The notes: generated from the letters alone by a model not told the origin. A DNA stretch of 64,000 nucleotides from Flavobacteriales bacterium (GCA_018401695.1 JAGYKD010000001.1:1116016-1180015), one strand, 5' to 3'. Numbered from the stretch's first letter, positions 23,810 through 33,337 are shown. Numbers and translations are program-made.

Positions 23810-23990
23810 AATTCTAAGCAAAATCCAACCCATGTTTCGCCTTCGGTTGAGGCAGACCCTTGACGTTTCGGTCAGGGCAGGCAAGTGACGCTCCGGTAAA
23901 GGCGGGCATCCGAAGTTTCCTTGTTAACTGAGGTTTACTCAAAGTAAATTCGTGAGTTTTAATGGTTTGTTTTTGTGCGCCTTATTCGTC

Positions 23991-24356
23991 TTTGGTTATT
24001 TATTGGTCATTGGCTGTTGGCCGTTAGCTATTGGCCGTTAGCTATTGGCCGTTAGCTATTGGCAGTTAGCTATTAGCCGTTAGCTATTGGCAGTTAGCTA
24101 TTAGCAGTTAGCTATTGGCAGTTAGCAGTTAGCTATTGGCAGTTAGCAGTTAGCTATTAGCTATTAGCAGTTAGCAGTTAGCCAACACCCAATACCCAAA
24201 AGCCAATACCCAAAAGCCAAAAGCCAATACCCAAAAGCCAAAAGCCAAAAGCCAAAAGCCAAAAGCCAACACCCAATACCCAAAAGCCAAAAGCCAAAAG
24301 CCAAAAGCCAAAAGCCAAAAGCCAAAACCCAAAACCCAAAAGCCAAAACCCAAAAA
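23991..24356. repeat. heptanucleotide-based microsatellite arrays, blocks A and B
   Basis: Block A (about 23991-24182) consists of TATTGGC/CGTTAGC/AGTTAGC heptamers as 14-mers GTTAGCTATTGGCC. Block B (24181-24356) consists of CCAAAAG/CCAATAC/CCAAAAC heptamers. A and B are partly inverse-complementary (TATTGGC vs GCCAATA). Block B ends 1 bp before the ATG of the four-helix-bundle gene. Confidence 0.9.
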
Positions 24357-24357
24357 C

Positions 24358-24735
24358 ATGCGAAACTTCAGAGAACTGGATATATGGATCAAGGGGATTT
24401 TAGTAGTAAAAGAGACGTATTTATTAACGAAAGCCCTGCCAGACATAGAAAAATTCGGCTTAATAAGCCAAATGCAAAGATGTGCTGTTTCTATTCCTTC
24501 CAATATTGCTGAAGGGTGTAGCAGAAATAGTCAAATAGAATTTAAACGTTTTTTAGAGATTGCCTTAGGATCTGCATTTGAACTTGAAACTCAACTTATA
24601 CTTTGTTCCGAAATAGGTTATCTCAGTAGTGAAACATTGCAGAGGTCGCTATCTGAATTGCATCTTCTTCAAAAGCAAATGAACGCACTAATTACCAAAA
24701 TTGCTAAAAGCCAACCCCCCAAAACCAAGAGCTAA
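24358..24735 (+). CDS. four-helix-bundle protein (23S rRNA intervening-sequence protein / DGR Avd-like family, PF05635-type)
   Basis: 125 aa with MRNFRELDIW…ETYLLTKALPDIEKFGLISQMQRCAVSIPSNIAEGCSRNSQIEFKRFLEIALGSAFELETQL…, a textbook match to this family's signature. Confidence 0.85.
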   Translation: MRNFRELDIWIKGILVVKETYLLTKALPDIEKFGLISQMQRCAVSIPSNIAEGCSRNSQIEFKRFLEIALGSAFELETQLILCSEIGYLSSETLQRSLSELHLLQKQMNALITKIAKSQPPKTKS

Positions 24736-24852
24736 AACCCAAAACCCAAAAGCCAAAACCCAAAAGCCAAAACCCAAAACCCAAAACCCAAAAGCCAAAA
24801 CCCAATACCCAAAACCCAATACCCAAAACCCAATACCCAAAACCCAACCCCC
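24707..24852. repeat. heptanucleotide microsatellite array, block C (CCCAAAA/GCCAAAA/CCAATAC units)
   Basis: Begins inside the last about 9 codons of the four-helix-bundle gene and runs about 115 bp past its stop codon. Confidence 0.9.
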
Positions 24853-25160
24853 ATCGCGTTTCCGCAAGTGCCCTTGCCTCCGCCGATTAACCGTATCAGC
24901 TATTTTACTATAAATCAACCCAATATGATAACCCTCCTACACAAATGAAAAGCTTTGGTGCAAACAAAAGTGGTGCTTCTACATTATTAAATGCAGGTAA
25001 AAACCACCAATTTTGTTTACGAAATCGAGAAGAGTATTTTAAAAGATGACCAAATTCAAGAAATCAATGAAGTTGCTTCAAGATGTAAAATAAAGGACAG
25101 GATAATAATGGAACATTAAGTCTTAGAAAAATAGAAAGCACAATTTTCGCAAAAAAACAC

Positions 25161-25565
25161 TTGCCTTTATGGATAGTTCATTTCCTAAAAATTCTTGCCG
25201 AAATAGTTTGTCTGTTTTTTACATCTGTACATTCCAAAACGCTGGATTTGGTTAATGAAATTTCGAGATTAACCCCGCTCGATTTCAACCTTGAAAAGAA
25301 TTATTCGTTTTGTTCCTACGAAATCAAGCGATTCCTGAAAGACAGTGCATTGGGAATGATGCCTTCAAAAGTTTGGACTGGAGAGCCGGATTTAACAGGC
25401 GTTTATTTGCTTGTCAAAGAAGAAGGGGAGGTTCTTTGTTGTTTTATTTCCAATAGAAATGAATGTGAGGACTATTTACTAAACAACACTAAACTTGAAT
25501 CAGCTAGTAGTACAAGACACAATTTTGGTACAGTTTTCCGTAAAGATTCAAAGCAATTTTTTTAA
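25161..25565 (+). CDS. hypothetical small protein in an AT-rich islet
   Basis: The track ORF starts on TTG. The first ATG is at about 25356, which would give a 69-aa product (MMPSKVWTGEPDL…). No recognisable family; coding status uncertain. Confidence 0.3.
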   Translation: MPLWIVHFLKILAEIVCLFFTSVHSKTLDLVNEISRLTPLDFNLEKNYSFCSYEIKRFLKDSALGMMPSKVWTGEPDLTGVYLLVKEEGEVLCCFISNRNECEDYLLNNTKLESASSTRHNFGTVFRKDSKQFF

Positions 25566-25862
25566 CTGAATTTGCAAATTGGATTTTTAAAATAATGCCA
25601 ACGCTTCTTAGCCACACCTTTAGGCCGTCGTTAAAGCCAGACATACAAGCCAATGCTTGTCAAACAGTATGTCTGTGCTAAGACACAGGTGAAAAGAATG
25701 TAGGTTTGCACCACATGGTATAAGAGCCATAGCAAGCAAAGTCCTAAATTCAAGGTCTGTACATTTAATTATCTTTAGTGGTGGCGGACAGGTAATCGCC
25801 TTGAAATCCGCTGCTGCTGGTAAAACTGACCGTTAGGCAAAATGTATTAAACCAAATCGAAC

Positions 25863-26747
25863 ATGAATCTGCTAAATAGGCTTTACCAAATATTTCTATC
25901 GGAGTACGCTAAAAGGAAGATTGAAAAAGCAATTTTATATATTGCATTAGTTGGCTTTTTCATCCACTTGATTTTAATTTACTTATCGAATTTCGGCATA
26001 GTAAACTTGTTTTTAGAATCGGAATTATTTAAAAATCCGATATCGGCAATTTACACCCCATTCTCATTTATTCTTGTTTATGAGGTTTACCTGCTGATCT
26101 ATTACTTGCCCAAGTCGTTTACTACTTACATAACCAAGCAATATGAAATTATAACCCTTATAATTATTCGAAAATTATTCAAAGATTTATCCGCTATTGA
26201 ACTATCGGCAGATTGGTTTCAAATAAAAGGGGATATACAATTCACCTATGATATCTTGGCATCGGTAGTTCTTTTTTACTTGATTTTTCAGTTTCAAAAA
26301 CTAGGAAAGCAAGCATCGGCTGCACAAATGGACAACAGTATGATCATTGAAAGATTTATACGTAGAAAGAAAATAATTGCCCTCACCCTGGTCCCGATAT
26401 TCTTTGTTATGGCTATAGTTACACTTGTGAACTGGATTTCTGATGTTTCTCTGGCCTCGAATGACCTGCCGAGTTTTGAAACCATTAATAATTTATTCTT
26501 TGATGAATTTTTTACCGTACTAATCTTAGTGGATGTCGTACTTCTGTTAATTTCCTTCTTTTATACCGACAAGTTTCATAAAATAATTAGAAATTCCGGA
26601 TTTGTAGTTTCCACGATTTTAATTCGGATGTCATTCGGAGTAAGTGGATTAATTAGTACAATTTTAATTGTAGTAGCTGTCTTGTTCGGGTTAGCAATAA
26701 TTGTAATCCATAATAAATTTGAAAAAAATGCTTTACCCAAGAACTAA
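25863..26747 (+). CDS. polytopic membrane protein (6-7 TM segments), unknown family, in an AT-rich islet
   Basis: 294 aa, very hydrophobic and I/L/F-rich, in a region of markedly lower GC than its flanks. Confidence 0.5.
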   Translation: MNLLNRLYQIFLSEYAKRKIEKAILYIALVGFFIHLILIYLSNFGIVNLFLESELFKNPISAIYTPFSFILVYEVYLLIYYLPKSFTTYITKQYEIITLIIIRKLFKDLSAIELSADWFQIKGDIQFTYDILASVVLFYLIFQFQKLGKQASAAQMDNSMIIERFIRRKKIIALTLVPIFFVMAIVTLVNWISDVSLASNDLPSFETINNLFFDEFFTVLILVDVVLLLISFFYTDKFHKIIRNSGFVVSTILIRMSFGVSGLISTILIVVAVLFGLAIIVIHNKFEKNALPKN

Positions 26748-27009
26748 GCTTTCCCTGGCCCTCTAATGCCCGTAAGCAAACCGCAGTGCACCCGCCGCCT
26801 GCGCACGGGGCAGTTGCCATCGTTGGGCTTGTCATTTAATTTGAGGTTTGGGTAAAGCGGCTTTTCAAGGGCTCCGGAACGGCAGAAAGAAAGGAGAGAG
26901 CAAGGCGGATGGTTCGATACTCCGGCGCGTAATGACCCCTTCCAACACACATTTCCCTACCCAAAAAGCACAGCCGGCTTCCTCCCAGACAAAATGCACT
27001 ACCTAAAAC

Positions 27010-27185
27010 AATGCATTAAAATCATTTTTTTGCCGGTGCGTTGTCCGGAAAGATGCTCGATATTCACTTTTTTGGCAGTGAATTGTCTGGGAAGCCCCTT
27101 GATATCTACTTTTTGGGTAATGCATTGTCCAAAAAGCCCCTCGATCTACCAACTTTTGGCAGTGAATTGGCACGCACCCACCCAA
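27010..27185. repeat. imperfect tandem repeat (about 42-bp period, 3-4 units) upstream of rpoN
   Basis: Recurring TTGGCAGTGAATTG…, AATGCATTGTCC…, GCCCCT(C/T)GAT(A)TCTAC segments in AT-rich intergenic DNA. Confidence 0.5.
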
Positions 27186-27344
27186 ACTTCATGGTTTTGG
27201 ATAGCTCCCATTCGGCGGCCCTGCGCCCCCCCCCTTCCTAACCTTCAGGCGATGAAGAATCCCAATTTGCTGCCGACCAAGTGTTATTTTTTTTGTCCAC
27301 ACCCACCATACCCAACTCGTTTTCCAACTCTCCCTCTGTTATTG

Positions 27345-27492
27345 CCCCCCGGGGCAAAGGGAGGCTCCTGCACAGGGCGGCTGTAGGGACTGTTGGGCGA
27401 GGAAGCGACCGCAGGAAGCTACCGCAGGCCTACAGCCCCTAAGCTGCCCAAAGCAGAGCCGGAACAAGTCCCGGATAGGATACTTGAACTTC
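27345..27492 (+). repeat. copy of an about 150-bp GC-rich dispersed repeat family (head CCCCCGG.CAAGGGAGG… tail …GCCGGAACAAG.CCGGATAGGATAC)
   Basis: Shares both termini with the copies at 42036-42190 (reverse), 42961-43100 and 55801-55935. Confidence 0.6.
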
Positions 27493-27602
27493 ATTGGAAG
27501 GAGGGCCCAAATCCCTCTTATTCTCGCTTAAAATGCATATGCACCGCTTGAATTTTGGCTATCTTTGTAGGAAGGTTCGTTGGAATCGTTTACAGGTGTG
27601 TG

Positions 27603-29045
27603 ATGCTTAAACAGAGTCTGCAACAGAAATTACAACAGAAGCTGAGTCCTCAACAGATTCAGCTAATGAAGCTTTTGCAGGTGCCCGTGGCGGCATTGGA
27701 GCAGCGGATAAAGGAAGAATTGGAGGCCAACCCGGCTTTGGAAGAGGGGCAAGAAGAGCTTGCCGATGCCGATGACTATGCACAGGAAACAGAAGATACT
27801 GCCGCCCAGGACGATTTGGATTTAAGCGATTACTTGGACGACGACGATTTTCCTTACTACAAAACTCAGATATCCAATCAAGGGGTGGACGAGGAACAGC
27901 GTTCTATGCCGCTGTCGGCGGGAACCAGTTTTCATGAGAGCTTGCTCGCGCAGATTGGTCTAGGCAGCTTTACTGAGGAGCAGGCCGGCTTAGCTCGGCA
28001 CTTGATAGGGAATTTGGATGAGGACGGCTATTTGATGCGTGATTTGGCTTCGGTGGTAGACGATTTGGCCTTTTCGCAAGGCATTGAAACCACCGAAGAA
28101 GCCTTGGAGGAGGTGTTGTCTTTGGTTCAGCGTTTTGATCCGGCCGGAGTGGGCGCCCGCGATTTGCGCGAATGCTTGCTCATTCAGCTTTGGCGGAGGT
28201 CCAAAAGCCCGGAAGTGCTGGCGGCCATAGAATTGTTGGAAAAGTATTTCGAAGAGTTTACGCGCAAGCACTACGACAAGATTCAGCGGCGCATGGGCCT
28301 GGACGATGAGATGCTAAGGAAGGTGGTTCAGGAGATTTTGCATTTGAACCCCAGGCCGGGCGGAAGTATGAGTCATACCGACCGATCTGCGCAGACCATT
28401 ATCCCGGACTTTTTACTTTTGGTGGAAGAGGGGAAGCTCGAGTTGAGTTTAAATAGCAAGAATGCCCCTGAATTAAGGGTTTCCAAAACCTATGCCGATA
28501 TGTTGGAAGGTTTTGCCCACAACAAAGAGCAGGCCGATAAGAGTCAAAAAGAGGCCGTATTGTTTGTAAAACAAAAGTTAGACGCGGCCCGTTGGTTTAT
28601 TGATGCCATACGTCAACGGCAAGAAACTCTAATGGCGGTAATGGGAACCATACTTGAATTGCAAAGGGCCTATTTTTTGAGCGGGGATGAGCGGGACTTA
28701 AGGCCCATGATATTGAAAGATGTAGCCGACATTGTGGGTTTAGATATTTCTACCGTAAGCAGGGTGGCCAACTCTAAATATATAGAAACTCCCTACGGTA
28801 CATTTTTGCTCAAGAGTTTTTTCTCGGAGTCTTTGTCCACCGAAAGTGGAGAAGAAGTAAGCACTAGGGAGGTGAAAAAGATTCTGTTGGATTGCATCAG
28901 TGGCGAGAACAAGAAGAAGCCATTGACCGATGAAAAATTGGCCGAAATATTAAAGGGGCATGGCTACAATATAGCGCGCCGTACCGTGGCCAAGTACCGA
29001 GAACAACTGGGCATAGCCGTAGCCCGTTTGCGTAAGTCCTTATGA
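27603..29045 (+). CDS. rpoN: RNA polymerase sigma-54 factor
   Basis: Start re-set to MLKQSLQQKLQQKLSPQQIQLMKLLQ… The C-terminal RpoN box/HTH (…ARRTVAKYREQLGI…) is present. Confidence 0.9.
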   Translation: MLKQSLQQKLQQKLSPQQIQLMKLLQVPVAALEQRIKEELEANPALEEGQEELADADDYAQETEDTAAQDDLDLSDYLDDDDFPYYKTQISNQGVDEEQRSMPLSAGTSFHESLLAQIGLGSFTEEQAGLARHLIGNLDEDGYLMRDLASVVDDLAFSQGIETTEEALEEVLSLVQRFDPAGVGARDLRECLLIQLWRRSKSPEVLAAIELLEKYFEEFTRKHYDKIQRRMGLDDEMLRKVVQEILHLNPRPGGSMSHTDRSAQTIIPDFLLLVEEGKLELSLNSKNAPELRVSKTYADMLEGFAHNKEQADKSQKEAVLFVKQKLDAARWFIDAIRQRQETLMAVMGTILELQRAYFLSGDERDLRPMILKDVADIVGLDISTVSRVANSKYIETPYGTFLLKSFFSESLSTESGEEVSTREVKKILLDCISGENKKKPLTDEKLAEILKGHGYNIARRTVAKYREQLGIAVARLRKSL

Positions 29046-29650
29046 GTTTTTGGAAATTGGTTAGCTACCTGTTGCATCCCCTGTGGGTGCCTAGTTTGGC
29101 TATGGCATTGGTTTTAGCGACCCATCCAAGTTTATCGCTGATTATTCCTGCGGCAGGGCAATGGCGTTTGGTGGCCTTTGTCTTTGTGTTTACTGCGGTG
29201 ATTCCGGGGGTTACCGTGGTGTATATGAAGCGGTTTGGATTGGTTAAATCCTTGGAGTTGCCCCAAAGAAAGCAAAGGCGTTTGCCTTTGTTGGTGGCTT
29301 GTCTGAGTTTTTCGGCTGCCTTTTATATGCTGCGATCGGCCATTCCTTTGCCTTTGATTGAGTTACTTATGTTGTCGGGCATGTTGCTTATGGGCCTGGC
29401 GCTTATGATTACCTTATTCTATAAGATAAGCATGCATACGATGGCCTGGGGAGCCATTACCGGTCAGGTGTTGGCGCTTGGTCCCTGGCAAGTGCAGGGC
29501 TTTTTGTTTTGGTTTTCTTTGGCGATTCTGTGCAGCGGTTTAGCGGCTTCTTCGCGCCTTGCATTAAGGGCGCATGTCGGGCATGAGCTGGTAGCCGGTT
29601 TTGGCCTGGGTTTTGTGGTGACCGGAGGCTTGTTTCAAATGTTGCTGTAA
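29042..29650 (+). CDS. integral membrane protein, unknown function
   Basis: 202 aa, about 6 TM segments, overlaps the rpoN stop. Confidence 0.45.
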   Translation: MSFWKLVSYLLHPLWVPSLAMALVLATHPSLSLIIPAAGQWRLVAFVFVFTAVIPGVTVVYMKRFGLVKSLELPQRKQRRLPLLVACLSFSAAFYMLRSAIPLPLIELLMLSGMLLMGLALMITLFYKISMHTMAWGAITGQVLALGPWQVQGFLFWFSLAILCSGLAASSRLALRAHVGHELVAGFGLGFVVTGGLFQMLL

Positions 29651-29773
29651 GTCAAAATTTTAAGGCTTTCATTCCCCGTAAAGTGGGGGCGAAGAAGTAG
29701 GGGGTATACCTATCCATAGGTATCTAAATTACCCACTCAACGGGATTGTGGAAGCCCGGGGGCGCCTGTACTT

Positions 29774-31054
29774 TTGTCTCAGAAAATGTCAAATGTCATG
29801 AAACAACTTTACTTTGCCGGAGCGCTTATGCTTTGTACCGGTTTAACCGCTCAAAATCCCGTGATTGAAGACTCGGTGATTTTGGGACCCAGCTATGTAA
29901 ACAAAGCCTTCTATAGCCTTGCCAATGGAGAAGAAGGCCAAATGGTCAATACCGATTGGGATTTGCAATTTGCTTCCCATACCTCTATGAGCAGCACCAT
30001 TCGCTTAAATGGCGGATTTAATGTAGCCTTATGGCAGTATACCAACGGCGATACCACCGATTGGGCAACTATCGACACCTCCGGCTTGGCCATGGGAAAT
30101 GGTTGGGATCGTTTGCGCGACGAAACCACGGCCTACGAATCGGGAGCTTTTGAGCAAAATGCGACCGGCTTTCCAAACTACGGCTGGGGAAATTACAACC
30201 AGGTGAGTCACGATGTAATTGGCGACCAACTTTTTGTAATGACCACAACCAATGGAGCCTGGAAAAAAGTGTGGATCAAAGGTTTGTTTGCCACTACCCA
30301 ATCTTATGTGGTGCGTGTAGCTGATTTGGATGGCCAAAACGATACCGAGTTTACGGTAAGCCGTTCCGGTCAAGCTTCTAAAAATTGGTTGTATTACGAT
30401 GTAGATGCGGGCCAGCTCCTCAACAATGAACCCGAAAAAACCGACTACGATTTGGTTTTTGAAAAATATGAGGGTTTGTTGGCTCCCGGTACGTATTATC
30501 CGGTAACCGGCGTGCGCTTAAACCGCAACGTTATGGCGGCTCGCGTAGGCGGATTGCCACCCAATGAAGCGGACTACACCACTGTTACCCTCACCGACGA
30601 TATTTCTACCCTCGGACACGATTGGAAAAGTTTTGCAGGCATGGGCTTTGTACTGGACGATTCCTTGTCTTTCTTTATTGAAGACCAATCCGGCGATATT
30701 TGGCACCTATGGTTTACCGGTTTTGTAGGTTCTTCTGCCGGCAAATTTATCTTTAACAAGCAACAGGTAGGGTCTATGTCGGTAACAAATGAAGTAGCCC
30801 AAAACAACAGCTTGGAGGTATATCCCAACCCGGTTGGCGAAACCCTGCATTTGCGTGTTGGTTCCAACCAAGGAGGAGGAAGCTTGCAAATTGTAAGCCT
30901 CCAGGGCCGGGTGGCGTATGCCCAGCAATGGACAGGAAACCAAAGCATGGAATTAAGCTTAGACATAGCCTCTTTAGGTTTGTCTGCCGGGCTGTATGTG
31001 GTGCAATGGGAGTCCGCTGCCGGTCTGCTTGCTCAAAAGTTCGTAGTACGTTGA
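29774..31054 (+). CDS. HmuY-like protein with a T9SS C-terminal sorting domain
   Basis: Signal peptide, then …FYSLANGEEGQMVNTDWDLQFAS…IRLNGG (HmuY-like motif shared with 33334-34341). The C-terminus is a type-A Por/T9SS CTD (…LEVYPNPVGETLHLRV……LYVVQWESAAGLLAQKFVV). Confidence 0.55.
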   Translation: MSQKMSNVMKQLYFAGALMLCTGLTAQNPVIEDSVILGPSYVNKAFYSLANGEEGQMVNTDWDLQFASHTSMSSTIRLNGGFNVALWQYTNGDTTDWATIDTSGLAMGNGWDRLRDETTAYESGAFEQNATGFPNYGWGNYNQVSHDVIGDQLFVMTTTNGAWKKVWIKGLFATTQSYVVRVADLDGQNDTEFTVSRSGQASKNWLYYDVDAGQLLNNEPEKTDYDLVFEKYEGLLAPGTYYPVTGVRLNRNVMAARVGGLPPNEADYTTVTLTDDISTLGHDWKSFAGMGFVLDDSLSFFIEDQSGDIWHLWFTGFVGSSAGKFIFNKQQVGSMSVTNEVAQNNSLEVYPNPVGETLHLRVGSNQGGGSLQIVSLQGRVAYAQQWTGNQSMELSLDIASLGLSAGLYVVQWESAAGLLAQKFVVR

Positions 31055-31069
31055 TTTTATAAACAAACT

Positions 31070-33337
31070 GTGGCCAACGCGCACAAACAAGTGTTCTTTC
31101 GATTCCATTTAGCGTTACTCATCGGTTGGGTCTGGGCAAGCGTAAGCTTCGCTCAGGCTCCGCTGGTGAACATATTGGACTCCGACGGATTGCCGCTTTA
31201 TGGAGCGCATTTGAGTTTTAGCAAGGACAGTTTGGAGGCTCCGGTGTATAGGGTAACCAATGCCAAGGGCGAAACCGAAATCCCCCTGGCTTTGCCGTGC
31301 AGCGTGGAAGTGCGCTATTTGGGCATGCAGCCACAACGTTTAGTGCTGCAAGGAGCCGGCCCATTCCGAATTCAGTTGCAAGCCGATGCCGTTTTTGCTC
31401 CGGAATATGTGGTTACTGCCCATAGTACGCCTACTCGAATGGAAGAAACGGTGTATCAAGCGCGGGTTATTGACCGGAAACGCATCGATGCACAAGGCGC
31501 TCAAAACCTGCGCGATTTATTAAGCAACGATTTGAATTTCAGACTTTCGCAAGATGCCGTGCTTGGTTCCTCTGTGCAAATGATGGGTGTTGGCGGAGAG
31601 AACATTAAATTGATGATTGACGGCGTGCCGGTTATTGGACGCCTGGACGGCAATATTGACTTGTCCCAAATCAATCTGCAAAATATTGAACGGGTCGAAA
31701 TCATTGAAGGCCCGATGTCTGTCCTCTATGGCTCCAACGCCTTGGGAGGAGTAATCAACCTAATTACCAAAAAGAATCAAGCCCATCAATGGGAAGGCCA
31801 TACCACCTTATTTTACGAAACGGTAGGCAATTACAATGCCGATGCGCGCGTAGCCTGGCAAAAAGGACGGCACCAAGCCTCACTGAGCGGAGGACGTTAC
31901 TTCTTTGATGGGTTCCGCAGCAACGACAGCCTGCGCAGAGTTCAAACCTGGAAACCCAAGGAGCAGTATTTTGCCGATGCGGCTTATGGACTTTCCATTA
32001 AAAAAATGAATTTAAGGTATCAAGGGCAATACTACCGAGAAACCATGCAGTTTAAAGGAAGTCCCGAAATGCCCTTTGGAATTGCCGCTACCGACAAATA
32101 TTTCTATACCGATCGAATAGGCAACAGTCTTTTTTTGAATGGTTTTCTTAAGGATCGTCATCACTTGGATGTAACTGCGGCCTACAACTACTTTTTCAGG
32201 GAGCGGGAAGTATTGCGCAAAGATTTGGTAAGCCTGGACGAAACCCCGGTGGAGACCAGCACCGACCGTTTTGATTTATGGATGAGCCGCGGTATTTATA
32301 CCTGGCAAATAGACACCGCCAAGTTGAGCTTGCAAGCCGGTTATGAAGTGAATTATGAAACCGGACAAGGGCCCCGTATTTTGAATCAGGAACAAGACCA
32401 GTTGGATTTGGCAGGCTTTGCCGCTCTGGAATATAGGCCGCACCGAAAAATTTCCCTTAAACCCGGCATACGTTACGGGTACAACTCCTCTTTTGACGCC
32501 ATTCCTATTCCTTCGTTTCATGCCCGCTTTCAGCCAATAAAATTCCTCACTGCCAGAGCATCTTATGCCCGCGGTTTTAGAGCACCTTCTCTAAAGGAGT
32601 TGTTTTTTGAGTTTGTGGATGTAAATCACAACATTTATGGAAATCCGAACTTGCTTTCGGAGGCCAGCCACAATGCGCAAGTCGGATTAAGTTTTGATAA
32701 ATCATTGAACAAAAACCTCCGATTTAGTGCTGAAGCCAATGGATTTTACAATTATATAGACAATCAAATTCGATTGACCCTGGTCAATGTCACCGACGAT
32801 TCCCTAGTGTATCGGAACGAAAACATCAGTTATTTTCGTTCGTTGGGGACGCGGGTGCAAAGCAGCTTGCAATGGAAGGGACTGCAGCTGCAAGCCGGCT
32901 GGTCCTACACCGGGGTAGAAAATGGCCTTCAAGACATCCCGGAAGACCAAAATCGTCTGGCATTTTTCCACGAAGGGCGTTTGAATTTGGGCTACGATTT
33001 GCGCCGCTACCGCACCTCTTTTCAACTCTTTTTTAAGTATACCGGACGTCAGCCCTTTTTGTACAGTAGTTTTGATGAAAGCTTGCAAACCTCGGTTGTG
33101 CAAGAGGGTTATATCGACGGCTTTGCGAATATGGACGCCTCCCTTACCCAACGGTTCTTAAAAAATAGAGTTACGGTTACCTTTTTGGCCAGGAATTTAA
33201 TGAACATTACCGATGTTCGTCAAACCGCCGGAGCTTCCGGCGGCGCCCACAGTTCGGGAAGCAATGCCTTACCAACCCTTTGGGGGCGTAGTTTTGCGGT
33301 GTCCCTTAGGTATCAATTTTTAGCAGGTAAAAAATGA
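31070..33337 (+). CDS. TonB-dependent outer-membrane receptor (HmuR-like context)
   Basis: 755 aa with a plug domain (…VVTAHSTPTRMEETVYQARVIDRKRID…), a beta-barrel, and a C-terminal aromatic residue (F at -5). Confidence 0.85.
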   Translation: MANAHKQVFFRFHLALLIGWVWASVSFAQAPLVNILDSDGLPLYGAHLSFSKDSLEAPVYRVTNAKGETEIPLALPCSVEVRYLGMQPQRLVLQGAGPFRIQLQADAVFAPEYVVTAHSTPTRMEETVYQARVIDRKRIDAQGAQNLRDLLSNDLNFRLSQDAVLGSSVQMMGVGGENIKLMIDGVPVIGRLDGNIDLSQINLQNIERVEIIEGPMSVLYGSNALGGVINLITKKNQAHQWEGHTTLFYETVGNYNADARVAWQKGRHQASLSGGRYFFDGFRSNDSLRRVQTWKPKEQYFADAAYGLSIKKMNLRYQGQYYRETMQFKGSPEMPFGIAATDKYFYTDRIGNSLFLNGFLKDRHHLDVTAAYNYFFREREVLRKDLVSLDETPVETSTDRFDLWMSRGIYTWQIDTAKLSLQAGYEVNYETGQGPRILNQEQDQLDLAGFAALEYRPHRKISLKPGIRYGYNSSFDAIPIPSFHARFQPIKFLTARASYARGFRAPSLKELFFEFVDVNHNIYGNPNLLSEASHNAQVGLSFDKSLNKNLRFSAEANGFYNYIDNQIRLTLVNVTDDSLVYRNENISYFRSLGTRVQSSLQWKGLQLQAGWSYTGVENGLQDIPEDQNRLAFFHEGRLNLGYDLRRYRTSFQLFFKYTGRQPFLYSSFDESLQTSVVQEGYIDGFANMDASLTQRFLKNRVTVTFLARNLMNITDVRQTAGASGGAHSSGSNALPTLWGRSFAVSLRYQFLAGKK

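Noticed and set aside
23991-24356. Possible CRISPR or coding repeat upstream of the four-helix-bundle gene
   Set aside because: The units are 7 and 14 nt microsatellites with no spacers. The 7-nt period is incompatible with coding.
24171-24918. Minus-strand ORFs 24171-24503 and 24688-24918 and plus-strand ORF 55524-55931, encoding GFWVLAFGFWLLAFGFW-type peptides
   Set aside because: They are translation artefacts of the heptamer microsatellites (GCCAAAAG repeats). They overlap the well-supported four-helix-bundle gene or purely repetitive DNA.
23991-26760. Diversity-generating retroelement around the Avd-like gene
   Set aside because: No reverse transcriptase ORF is present, there is no template/variable repeat pair, and no C-type-lectin-fold target gene. 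The Avd-like protein family also occurs stand-alone.
29650-29774. Cobalamin riboswitch upstream of the HmuY-like/TonB receptor locus
   Set aside because: I could not find the conserved B12-box (…GCCACTG…) or the core helices by eye. An Rfam scan is needed before any claim.
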